Shown here one piece after another: positions 5,466 to 14,188 of a DNA stretch of 38,329 bases. This stretch comes from Firmicutes bacterium CAG:449. GTDB taxonomy: Bacteria > Bacillota_I > Bacilli_A > RFN20 > CAG-449. Positions within the stretch are counted from its first letter, which is position 1. Each line of letters opens with the position of its first letter. Made by a program: the position numbers and the translations under genes. The notes beneath the pieces were generated by a model, which searched no databases, had not been told where the DNA came from, and was given only the letters and a program-made list of their open reading frames with translations. Location: assembly GCA_000432895.1 (NCBI GenBank), contig FR889406.1, positions 51,091 to 89,419 of the forward strand. Direction: 5' to 3'.

Positions 5466-7586
5466 TTAATTATCAAAAGTTGAACAATTATCTAATGTCA
5501 GTTCACCTTTATAATGAACAATAAATTTAAATTCATCAATTTTTCTTTTTTCGTGAACTTCACAATTATTAAAATATCCTTTACCTTTATAATTTACTTC
5601 TATTGCAGTATTTCCTTTAATATAAGTTGAATATCCACTTATTTTTGTGTCATTATCAATATAAATTGCTCTATCACTTACATTTATATTCAAGTCGTGT
5701 ATATATACGTTTTTACTATTTTTATTTTTAATTCCATTTTTGCCATTAATTACGCAATTATATAAATTTGTTTCACCTTTATTAACTTCAACAGCTAAGT
5801 CTTTAGAAGAAACAGTCGATTCTTTTATAGTTAATGATCCATTATCATTTACAATAGGATTTTTTCCAGTAATATTAGATTTTATAACATTAATTGTTCC
5901 TGATAATAAATCTATTGCTTTACTGCATACAATACGATCATCTGAACCAATATGTGAATCTTCAATGTTAATCGTAGATTTAGTATTTTTTATTGCATAG
6001 TGAGCAACAATATTAGATTTTTTAATTGTAACATTAGCCCCATCTTCTGTTTCAATAGAAGTACTTGTAAATTCTTTATGTATAACATTTACATTATCAA
6101 GAACTAATTTTGCCTTTTTACAATAAATTAAAGTACTTACTGCATTAGTTTTATCATTTCCCACACCAACAATTGATCCATTCATAAAAGTAATTGTGTT
6201 ATTCTCCCCACTACAATTAAAAAATGATTTTCCAGCTAAGCTTCGATACATTTCAATTGTATGTCCATTCAAATTAATAACTTTATTAGTGTTAATATCT
6301 ATTTCATTAACAGATTCACTAAAATCAATATCATCATTTAACTTAACATACTCTTTATCTTTTAATAAACTTTCAAACTCTTTTGAATCAATCGTTTTAT
6401 TAGGTGTATTATCAAAATCTTTCCAATCTTTATTGACTAATTCATTTTGACAATCAACACAAACACCATTTTCATTATAATGATGATCACTAATAGGTAA
6501 AACTTCTTGTTCAACTAAAACTTTTCCACATTCAGCACAAATTTTTCCTTCAGTTAAACCAGTTTTTAAACAAGTTGGTTCTATTCTAGGAAGAAGTTTT
6601 TCAATATGTTCATGAATAGGAATAATTAATTCTTTTTGTTGTCTAGTAAAAGCAATATTTTCAAAATTAGCTTCCACTATTTTTTCTCCACTTTCATCAC
6701 AAGTTGCTTCAACATATTTTAAAATATTTATTTTTCCTTCTTCAATTTGATCTTCAACCTTTTTATTTAAATCTTTTCTAATTGCAACGCATGTTGAATA
6801 TGTTTCATCCCAAGTATAAATAGGTTCACTCCAAATAATACATTTTGAAACATCACCATTTAAATTTGAAGATGGAATTTCTGAGCCTTCTTCACCAATA
6901 AAATGACCTTGATCAAGTTTAATACTAGATAGAACTTTCCCATGTTCAATATAAGTATGATCACTAATTGCATGAATGTTTAAATCAGTTAAATAACCAT
7001 AATGAGAAATCGTATCATATAATCCATCTATATATAAACTAGTAATGTATTCTTCACTAGTAAGAATAAGAACATCTTCTTTTTGGCTATTATTAATATA
7101 ATTAATTTGTTTAATTTTATTATTTCCAACATCTAATCCCGATTTAATATTTACTTCTTCATATTCATTAGCACCTTTTAAATAAATAGAAAAATCAGTA
7201 TCTTCTATATTATCTAAAAATTTCCAATAATAAAAATTACTTGGTGCAGTATCACCAAAAACTACCTCATCATTTTCTAATAAAACAAAATTATTATATT
7301 TTTGATTCCAAGCAATTTGACTATCTTCATTAGAGGTAATTAAATCACTCAAAGAATAACCATTATTTTTTAAAACATTTAAAGCATCTTCTGGTGTTCT
7401 AACTTTTTTATTTATTTCTTCAGTTTTTAATAATAAGTTAAGTTGTGAAACAAAACTAATATCATTACTTGCTTTAGCTTTTTTAGTAAAATTAATATAA
7501 CTTGTCGTGGTAACTGTAGCAAGCACTCCTAAAATAGCAATTACAACTAACAATTCGACTAATGTAAATCCTTTTTTCTTTTTCAT
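5466..7586 (-). CDS. Prepilin-type N-terminal cleavage/methylation-domain protein with a large Cys-motif and beta-helix-like C-terminal region
   Basis: The N-terminus MKKKKGFTLVELLVVIAILGVLATV is a canonical type IV pilin/pseudopilin signal, with G-1, F+1 and E+5. The middle carries (A/P)TCxxxG...CxxCG...H motifs (ATCDESGEK..., PTCLKTGLTEGKICAECGKVL..., CVDCQ). The C-terminal ~300 aa contains many short N/I/V/G-rich repeats (NVTIKKSNIV, TINIEDSHIG, TINVIKSNITG, LTIKESTVS) typical of a right-handed beta-helix. I prefer ATG 7586 over the track GTG at 7595. Confidence 0.8.
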   Translation of the reverse strand: MKKKKGFTLVELLVVIAILGVLATVTTTSYINFTKKAKASNDISFVSQLNLLLKTEEINKKVRTPEDALNVLKNNGYSLSDLITSNEDSQIAWNQKYNNFVLLENDEVVFGDTAPSNFYYWKFLDNIEDTDFSIYLKGANEYEEVNIKSGLDVGNNKIKQINYINNSQKEDVLILTSEEYITSLYIDGLYDTISHYGYLTDLNIHAISDHTYIEHGKVLSSIKLDQGHFIGEEGSEIPSSNLNGDVSKCIIWSEPIYTWDETYSTCVAIRKDLNKKVEDQIEEGKINILKYVEATCDESGEKIVEANFENIAFTRQQKELIIPIHEHIEKLLPRIEPTCLKTGLTEGKICAECGKVLVEQEVLPISDHHYNENGVCVDCQNELVNKDWKDFDNTPNKTIDSKEFESLLKDKEYVKLNDDIDFSESVNEIDINTNKVINLNGHTIEMYRSLAGKSFFNCSGENNTITFMNGSIVGVGNDKTNAVSTLIYCKKAKLVLDNVNVIHKEFTSTSIETEDGANVTIKKSNIVAHYAIKNTKSTINIEDSHIGSDDRIVCSKAIDLLSGTINVIKSNITGKNPIVNDNGSLTIKESTVSSKDLAVEVNKGETNLYNCVINGKNGIKNKNSKNVYIHDLNINVSDRAIYIDNDTKISGYSTYIKGNTAIEVNYKGKGYFNNCEVHEKRKIDEFKFIVHYKGELTLDNCSTFDN

Positions 7587-7606
7587 AATAATCACTTTTC
7601 GGGTTA

Positions 7607-7635
7607 ATTATACAAATATCAATATATTAATGCAA
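7607..7635 (-). promoter_or_regulatory. Sigma-A-type promoter of the prepilin-like gene: -35 TTGCAT (7635..7630), 17-nt spacer, -10 TATAAT (7612..7607)
   Basis: The near-consensus hexamers and spacing were read on the minus strand. The implied leader is under 20 nt and has a weak SD. Confidence 0.55.
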
Positions 7636-7705
7636 TTTTTTATTGTTGATTAAAATCTTTTTCTATTTCTAAAATATAAAAATTTAAATAAAATCGCTTA
7701 CAAAA

Positions 7706-7742
7706 TTAACAATTATTTAAACATTGTTAATATTTCAACAAC
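7706..7742. promoter_or_regulatory. Operator-like palindromes upstream of the ABC operon: TTAACAAT-N9-ATTGTTAA (7706..7730) and ATTGTTAA-TATT-TCAACAAC (7723..7742)
   Basis: Read directly. The 16-mer TGTTAATATTTCAACA (7725..7740) is the exact reverse complement of 18092..18107, which lies in the TetR-family divergent promoter region. Confidence 0.45.
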
Positions 7743-7809
7743 GATAATATTTATGTACTTAAATCATACATTTTTCATAATATAATTTCCATTTGAAAGG
7801 AGCAAAAAA

Positions 7810-8742
7810 ATGCACGTTATTGAAGTAAGTAACTTAACAAAAGATTATGGATCAGGTCGTGGAGTATTTGATGTCAGCATTCATGTTGATAAAGGTGAAG
7901 TATTTGGTTTCTTAGGACCAAATGGTGCAGGTAAATCCACGACAATTAGACACTTAATGGGTTTTTCTAAACCTGATAAAGGAAGTGCAAAAATTTTAGA
8001 GCAAGAAACATTTTCTAAATATTATGAAATATTAAATCATGTTGGCTATATTCCTGGTGAAATTGCTTTACCAGCAGGATTAACTGGTTATGAATTTTTG
8101 AAAATGATGCAAGATTTACAAAATATCCATAATCAAGAATATTTAAATTATTTATTAAAACTATTTGAATTAGAAGATAATGTTTTAAGTGGTGAAACAA
8201 AAAGAATGAGTTTAGGAGTCAAAAGAAAGTTAGCAATCGTCGCAGCTTTTATGTCAGATCCTGATGTATTAATTCTTGATGAACCAACAAGTGGTCTTGA
8301 TCCAGTTATGCAAGAAACATTTATTGAATTTATTCATCAAGAAAAGAAAAGAGGAAAAACGATTTTATTATCAAGTCATATCTTTTCAGAAATCGATTCA
8401 ACATGTGATAGAATTGCCATAATTAAAGATGGTCATATCGTTTCCGAATTTGTAGCTAACGATTTAAAACATGCCTCAAGAAAATACTATACTGTTGATT
8501 TTAAAGACTCAAAAAATAAAGATAAATTTTTAAAAAAGGAAAAAGAATTATCTTCATTTATACTTCTTAAAGAAGAAAATGAAAGTGTTTATATCTCTAT
8601 TGAAGATAGAGATTTAAATCACTTAATAGAAATATTATCTGATTTGGAAGTTAGTTTATTTAGCAATCGCAAAGAATCATTAGAAGATTACTTTATGAAA
8701 TTCTATAAAGAAGATAAAGACTTCAAAGGAGCGTTAAAATGA
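7810..8742 (+). CDS. ABC transporter ATP-binding protein (ABC-2/BcrA-like subfamily), copy 1
   Basis: Motifs are Walker A GPNGAGKST, signature-like MSLGVKRKL, Walker B LILDEPTSGLD and H-loop SSH. SD AAAGGAG at 7796..7802. Confidence 0.92.
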   Translation: MHVIEVSNLTKDYGSGRGVFDVSIHVDKGEVFGFLGPNGAGKSTTIRHLMGFSKPDKGSAKILEQETFSKYYEILNHVGYIPGEIALPAGLTGYEFLKMMQDLQNIHNQEYLNYLLKLFELEDNVLSGETKRMSLGVKRKLAIVAAFMSDPDVLILDEPTSGLDPVMQETFIEFIHQEKKRGKTILLSSHIFSEIDSTCDRIAIIKDGHIVSEFVANDLKHASRKYYTVDFKDSKNKDKFLKKEKELSSFILLKEENESVYISIEDRDLNHLIEILSDLEVSLFSNRKESLEDYFMKFYKEDKDFKGALK

Positions 8743-9650
8743 GCGTAATAGAAATTAAAGATTTAACTAAAGATTATGGTGATAATCGTGGAGTTTTCGA
8801 TATTAATTTAAATATTGAAAAAGGTGAAATGGTTGGTTTTGTTGGAACAAACGGAAGTGGAAAAACCACCACAATTAGAAATATTTTAGGCTTCATTAAA
8901 CCAACAAAAGGAACATGTAAAGTAAATAATTTAACTTCTTGGGAACACTCTAGTGAAATTGTAAAAGATATTGGTTATGTGCCTGGAGAAATTGCTTTTC
9001 CTGATTTACCTACAGGAATTGACTTTTTAAAAACACAAGCTGAATTCTATCATCTAGATAATATGGATTACGCTAATGAATTAATTGAAAGATTGCAATT
9101 AGATCCAAGAGCAAATTTAAAAAGAATGTCAAAAGGTATGAAACAAAAAACTGCTTTAGTCGCAGCATTAATGAACGATTCACCAATTATAATTCTCGAT
9201 GAACCAACTACTGGTCTAGATCCATTAATGAGAGCTACTTTCCTTGATATTATCAAAGAAGAACATGCTAAAGGTAAAACCATTTTTATGAGTAGTCATA
9301 GTTTTGATGAATTAGAAGCTACTTGTGATAAAGTTGCTTTAATTAATGATGGACATATTATTGATGTTTGTGATATGAACGATATAAGAAATCGCCCAAT
9401 CAAAGATTTCAAAATTGAATTTAACAATAAAGAAGATTTTGAAAAATTCTTAAAAGATAACTATACAATCACTAGAATTCAAGAACAATACAATCAAGTC
9501 ACAATTGAAATCAAAGCTAATGAAACAATAAATTTATTAAAAACATTAAAAAACTATGATGTAAAGTTTATTTCTGAATTACCTTACACTCTAGAAAAAC
9601 ATTTCAAACAAATATTATTTAAGAAAAAAGGAGAAAGTAAAAATGTTTAG
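8739..9650 (+). CDS. ABC transporter ATP-binding protein, copy 2 (paralogue of the preceding gene)
   Basis: Motifs are Walker A GTNGSGKTT, signature-like MSKGMKQKT, Walker B ILDEPTTGLD and H-loop SSH. An ATGA start/stop overlap links it to copy 1. Confidence 0.92.
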   Translation: MSVIEIKDLTKDYGDNRGVFDINLNIEKGEMVGFVGTNGSGKTTTIRNILGFIKPTKGTCKVNNLTSWEHSSEIVKDIGYVPGEIAFPDLPTGIDFLKTQAEFYHLDNMDYANELIERLQLDPRANLKRMSKGMKQKTALVAALMNDSPIIILDEPTTGLDPLMRATFLDIIKEEHAKGKTIFMSSHSFDELEATCDKVALINDGHIIDVCDMNDIRNRPIKDFKIEFNNKEDFEKFLKDNYTITRIQEQYNQVTIEIKANETINLLKTLKNYDVKFISELPYTLEKHFKQILFKKKGESKNV

Positions 9651-11457
9651 TAAAGCTTTATTTAAACAATCATGCAAAGCAAACGGAACAATGTGGACAA
9701 TTATTACTTTTGCAGTTTGCTTTATGCTTGCATGTGTTATGTTAATCAGTGGTAATGGAAATATTGGTGATGTTAAAAATGCCATTGAAGATACAATTAT
9801 CACAAAAGAAATCGATGCTCAATTAGAAAAAAGAGCAATAAATTATTATAGTAATGCTGATGATGGATTAAATCAATTTGATTACTACTTTACTTTAAAT
9901 GCAACTGATGACTTATCTTATTTAGTTTATTTAAACGCTAAACCAGATCAAAAGAACTATTCATCAACTGTAGACTATCAACAAGCATTATTAATTTGGA
10001 GTCAAAGTGCTCCTGAAATGAAAACCACTGAAGGTAAAAACTATGTTAATTCAATTAATACTTGGTTAAATAGTATGCCTCAACAAGATCAATATACTTC
10101 AGCTCAAGATTATTTAGAAGCTATCAAAAAATGGAAAGAAGAAACTCCTTCTTCCCAAGAAAAAGCTATTGCTTCAAGTTATATTGCCGCGATTAATGAA
10201 TTACAAGAATATATTTATAATAAAGCTCTTGAAATTAATTCTACTTATACAAAAGACTCCTTAGAAACTCAAGAAATGTTAGGATCAGTAATGTATTCAT
10301 TAAATCCAAATGGAATGTTTAATGAATTCTATTCTTCTCATAATGAAGATATCCCTGAAGATTATGATATTATGTCAATCATTGCTCATCTACAAACAAA
10401 TGACGCTTTAGATTATATAAAAAGCGAAGAAAGAGTTTCATATCGTTCAACAAGAAGTGAAAATGGTGCTAGTGTTTTCTTATCAGGTAATATGACTGAA
10501 GAAGAAAATGTTAACAAAATTATTGATGAATTATCCTCTTTTGGTGTTACAAAAGAAAAGTATGATAGCTTTGGATATACTTATACAAATATCAAACACT
10601 TATCAAAAACTGCAATTATTACTTATAAAAATAGATTATCTTATGAATTAGATTTACTTAAAGATAAATATAATAATGGCGAATTTACTTCTCAAGAAGA
10701 ATATCAACAAGCAATTATCGATAAAACAAATGAATTATCTAGTGAAGTTGCAAGTTCATTATTAGCTTCTTTACCTGAAAAAGTTTCTGAAGCTTTAGAA
10801 GATATTGGAAAAGCTGATTTATATACTTTAATCGTTGGTTCTATTTTCTATAAACTTGCTGGATTATTATTACCTATCATCTTTATGATTATGGTCTCTA
10901 ATAACCTTATTTCTGGTCAAGTCGATAGTGGATCAATGGCGTATGTTTTATCAACATCCACTAAAAGAAAAACTGTTAGTTTCACACAAGCAGTTTACTT
11001 AATTGGTTCATTATTAACAATGTTCATCTTAACTACTATTACTGGTAGTGTTTGCTTAGCAATTGTTGGTGATAAAGTAAGTCTTACATATGGAAAATTC
11101 ATTTTGCTTAATGTAGGTGCGTTCTTAGTCTTATTCTGCTTATCTGGACTTTGTTTCTTCACTTCATGCTATTTTGATAGAAGTAAACGTTCTATGGCAA
11201 TCGGTGGAGGTTTATCAATATTTGCTTTAGTTGCTGCCATGTTAGGATTATTTGGTAGTCAAGCAATTCCATCTGTAGTAAGATTAGATTCATTAAATTA
11301 CTTCAACTATGTAACAATTATTTCCTTATTTGATGTTATTTCTATTATTAATAATTCAACAACATTTATTTATAAATTTGCTATTCTCTTTGTACTAGGA
11401 GTAATTGGTTATATTGCTGGGTCAATAAAATTTAGAAAAAAAGATTTACCTTTATAA
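9643..11457 (+). CDS. ABC-2-type permease with one N-terminal TM helix, a ~380-aa extracytoplasmic domain and a C-terminal 5-TM bundle
   Basis: Its start overlaps the stop of ATPase 2. The hydrophobicity pattern fits this topology. The NLISGQVDSGSMAYVLSTSTKRKT motif sits after the first helix of the C-terminal bundle, as is usual in ABC-2 permeases. Confidence 0.75.
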   Translation: MFSKALFKQSCKANGTMWTIITFAVCFMLACVMLISGNGNIGDVKNAIEDTIITKEIDAQLEKRAINYYSNADDGLNQFDYYFTLNATDDLSYLVYLNAKPDQKNYSSTVDYQQALLIWSQSAPEMKTTEGKNYVNSINTWLNSMPQQDQYTSAQDYLEAIKKWKEETPSSQEKAIASSYIAAINELQEYIYNKALEINSTYTKDSLETQEMLGSVMYSLNPNGMFNEFYSSHNEDIPEDYDIMSIIAHLQTNDALDYIKSEERVSYRSTRSENGASVFLSGNMTEEENVNKIIDELSSFGVTKEKYDSFGYTYTNIKHLSKTAIITYKNRLSYELDLLKDKYNNGEFTSQEEYQQAIIDKTNELSSEVASSLLASLPEKVSEALEDIGKADLYTLIVGSIFYKLAGLLLPIIFMIMVSNNLISGQVDSGSMAYVLSTSTKRKTVSFTQAVYLIGSLLTMFILTTITGSVCLAIVGDKVSLTYGKFILLNVGAFLVLFCLSGLCFFTSCYFDRSKRSMAIGGGLSIFALVAAMLGLFGSQAIPSVVRLDSLNYFNYVTIISLFDVISIINNSTTFIYKFAILFVLGVIGYIAGSIKFRKKDLPL

Positions 11458-11467
11458 AAATCAATTG

Positions 11468-11497
11468 GGCTATGGAGTCATCCATAGTCTTTTTTTT
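11468..11497 (+). terminator. Rho-independent terminator of the ABC operon
   Basis: The stem is GGCTATGGA / TCCATAGTC with loop GTCA, followed by T8 (11490..11497). Confidence 0.8.
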
Positions 11498-11562
11498 ATA
11501 ACTATTAAATATTATTTAATATTTTCCTTTTTCGTTGTATAATCTTATCAGGTGAAAAAAAG

Positions 11563-13266
11563 ATGTCATACAAAGCGTTATATAGAACATATCGTCCAAT
11601 GACTTTTGATGAAGTCGCAGGACAAAAACATATTATTCAAACATTAAAAAATGCATTAAAAGAAAACAAAATTGCTCATGCTTATCTTTTCTGCGGTCCT
11701 CGTGGAACAGGCAAAACAACCATGGCAAGAATTTTTGCAAAAGCTTTAAATTGTGAAAAAGGATTTGGTGAGCAATGTAATGAATGCGAAAATTGCCGAG
11801 CAATAATTGAAGGTAGACACCCAGATGTTATTGAAATTGATGCTGCAAGTAATCGTGGTATTGATGATATTAGGGATTTAGTCTCTAAAGTCAAATATGC
11901 TCCTATTTTAGGTCAATATAAAGTTTATATTATCGATGAAGTTCATATGATGACTAATGAAGCGTTCAACGCTTTATTAAAAACTTTAGAAGAACCACCA
12001 GAAAAAACAGTTTTTATTTTAGCTACTACTGAACCATATAAATTAATGCCAACTATTTTATCTAGATGTCAAAGATATGATTTTACTAAAGTTAGTGATG
12101 GTGATATTTATAATCGTTTATTTGATATTTTACAAAACGAGCATATTCAAATGGATGATGACGCTCTTTCTAGTTTAGTTAAACTTGCTGATGGTGGAGT
12201 TAGAGATGCTTTATCAATGTTAGATCAAGTTATTGCTTATCAAGGAAATAATATTACTTTAAAAACAATCGAAGAATTGTATGGTTTATCTTCAAAAGAA
12301 GAAAAAATCAATTTATTAGTTGCTTGCGACAAAAAAGATATTTCTACTTTAACCTCTACTATTCAAACCTTTGCTGAAAATGGTATTGATATTAAACGTT
12401 TAACTTTAGACTTATTAGATATCTTAAAAGATTTATTGATTTATCAAACTACTAAAGATGAAAGTTTATTAAAATTTATTTCTATTAGTGATGTTGATTC
12501 ATTACCTTTACCAGTTAAAAAAATTAATTATTGGATTGATACTTTATTACAAGCTAATTCTCAATTTAAAATGGTCAACAATGTTTTATCTTTATTTGAA
12601 ATCACTCTTTTAAAACTTGCTTCTTATGAAGAAGAGAAAAAAGAAGAAGTTAAAGTTATTGAGAAAGTTGTGGAAGTTAAAAAGCCTACAATTATCCAAG
12701 AAGAGAAAAAAGAGGAAATTAAAACCGAAGAAATAAAAGAAGAAGTTTTACCTTTAACATTTACTAATGTTTCCTTTAGTTCAGTCAACACTTTTGTTGA
12801 AGAAGGAACACCAATTAATTACACTCTTGATGATATTGTAAATATTATGGTTCAAGCTACAAAAGAAGAAAAGACCAAAATTGTTAATAATTGGAAATTA
12901 CTCGATAAATTATTAACTCATCCTAAAGTTGGAAAATATGCCTCTACATTGAAAATGACAACTCCTAGAATTGTTTGTAAATCAGCCGTAGTTTTTGATT
13001 CAAACTTTAAAAGTAATGTCACAAAAATTAATTTAAAAGAAAATCAATATGGTTTTTCTAAAGTAGTCGAAGCTTTATATGGAGAAAATTGTATTGTTTT
13101 ATGTATGAGTCAACAAGATTATATTGAAGCAGTTAAAAAATTTACTAACTTACAACAAGCTAATAAATTGCCTTCAGCTAGAGAAATAACTATTGATGTA
13201 AAAATAAATTCTACACCACAAAAAACCCAAACTGAATTACTCGCAGAAGAATTAAAAGGAGAATAA
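11563..13266 (+). CDS. dnaX: DNA polymerase III subunit tau (gamma/tau)
   Basis: The N-terminus is YRTYRPMTFDEVAGQKHI. Walker A is GPRGTGKTT, the zinc module is CNECENC, and DEVHM and the SRC sensor motif are present. The -10 TATAAT is at 11538..11543 and SD AGGTGA at 11550..11555. Confidence 0.95.
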   Translation: MSYKALYRTYRPMTFDEVAGQKHIIQTLKNALKENKIAHAYLFCGPRGTGKTTMARIFAKALNCEKGFGEQCNECENCRAIIEGRHPDVIEIDAASNRGIDDIRDLVSKVKYAPILGQYKVYIIDEVHMMTNEAFNALLKTLEEPPEKTVFILATTEPYKLMPTILSRCQRYDFTKVSDGDIYNRLFDILQNEHIQMDDDALSSLVKLADGGVRDALSMLDQVIAYQGNNITLKTIEELYGLSSKEEKINLLVACDKKDISTLTSTIQTFAENGIDIKRLTLDLLDILKDLLIYQTTKDESLLKFISISDVDSLPLPVKKINYWIDTLLQANSQFKMVNNVLSLFEITLLKLASYEEEKKEEVKVIEKVVEVKKPTIIQEEKKEEIKTEEIKEEVLPLTFTNVSFSSVNTFVEEGTPINYTLDDIVNIMVQATKEEKTKIVNNWKLLDKLLTHPKVGKYASTLKMTTPRIVCKSAVVFDSNFKSNVTKINLKENQYGFSKVVEALYGENCIVLCMSQQDYIEAVKKFTNLQQANKLPSAREITIDVKINSTPQKTQTELLAEELKGE

Positions 13267-13270
13267 AACT

Positions 13271-13573
13271 ATGAATATGCAAGCATTAATGCAACAAGCA
13301 CAAAAAATGCAAAAAGAAATGCAAAAAAAACAACAAGAATTAGAAAATACTACTTTTGAAGTTTCTAGTGCAGGTGGAGCAATAAAAATTAAAATTAAAG
13401 GATCCCGTCAAATTGAACAAATAGAGATTGATAAAGACGCTATTGATCCAGAAGAAAAAGAAATGCTCGAAGATATGATTAAAGTAGCAATGAATGAAGC
13501 TAATAAGCTTGTTGATGAAGCATTTGAACAATTAAATAGCAGTATGACAAATGGCTTAAGGATGCCTTTTTAA
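13271..13573 (+). CDS. ybaB: YbaB/EbfC family nucleoid-associated protein
   Basis: The 100-aa product begins NMQALMQQAQKMQKEMQKKQQEL and contains SSAGGAIKIKIKG. It occupies the conserved position between dnaX and recR. Confidence 0.9.
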   Translation: MNMQALMQQAQKMQKEMQKKQQELENTTFEVSSAGGAIKIKIKGSRQIEQIEIDKDAIDPEEKEMLEDMIKVAMNEANKLVDEAFEQLNSSMTNGLRMPF

Positions 13574-14178
13574 TGAAAGAATTACAAACGATTGCTAATT
13601 TAACCAATGCCTTAAAAGTAATACCAGGAATTGGAAATAAATCAGCAGAAAGAATTGCTTATGAATTTATTAAAATGAATCCAGAAAAAGTTGATTCATT
13701 AATTAATAGTATTCAAGCCATTAAAAAAGATTTGTCGATTTGTCCAATATGCGGATCTTATATGGAAAATAACAAATGTCAAATTTGTTTAGATTCCACT
13801 AGAGATGATTCTCTTCTTGTAGTAGTCACCTCTTATAAAGATGTTATCGCCTTAGAAAGATTATCTTCTTTACATGCTTTTTATCATGTTTTAAATGGAA
13901 GTATTTCACCAAGTAAAGGTATTACCGCTAGTGATATTAATATTAATAAATTAATTCAAAGAATTAAAAATAATCATTTTAAAGAAATTATTTTAGCTAC
14001 TGACCCGACAATTGATGGAGAAACAACCGCTTTATATATTTCAGAAATATTAAAAGATATTTCTGATTTAATTATTTCTCGTTTAGGATATGGTTTGCCA
14101 ATGGGAGCTAATTTAGATTTCGCCGACGAACTTACTCTTTCTCATGCTTTAAAAGGAAGAACAATTTACAAAAAATAG
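13573..14178 (+). CDS. recR: Recombination protein RecR
   Basis: It has LPGIGNKSAERIAY (HhH), the zinc finger CPICGSYMENNKCQIC and a Toprim region ending in ATDPTIDGETTALY. Confidence 0.95.
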   Translation: MKELQTIANLTNALKVIPGIGNKSAERIAYEFIKMNPEKVDSLINSIQAIKKDLSICPICGSYMENNKCQICLDSTRDDSLLVVVTSYKDVIALERLSSLHAFYHVLNGSISPSKGITASDININKLIQRIKNNHFKEIILATDPTIDGETTALYISEILKDISDLIISRLGYGLPMGANLDFADELTLSHALKGRTIYKK

Positions 14179-14188
14179 GAGTTTTACT

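Noticed and set aside
11458-11562. An expected SRP (4.5S/scRNA) gene upstream of dnaX, as in Bacillus.
   Set aside because: The gap is 105 nt and is filled by the ABC terminator and the dnaX promoter and SD. No conserved SRP domain IV-like GC-rich helix is present.
12517-12523. An A7 run in dnaX (GTT AAA AAA ATT), where a -1 slip would reach a TAA two codons later. This recalls the E. coli tau/gamma programmed frameshift.
   Set aside because: In the zero frame it is not a proper X XXY YYZ heptamer. I see no upstream SD-like stimulator and no downstream stem-loop. The truncation would fall at ~residue 321, inside rather than after domain III. A7 runs are common in this AT-rich genome.
12630-12750. 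Lys/Glu-rich repetitive coding stretches: dnaX EEKKEEVKVIEKVVEVKKP...EEKKEEIKTEEIKEE, the ricT tail at 16620..16672, and the tail of 33781..35511.
   Set aside because: These are compositional low complexity typical of linker regions in AT-rich genomes, where AAA and GAA codons dominate. They are not exact tandem DNA repeats, and I saw no evidence of variable-number repeats.
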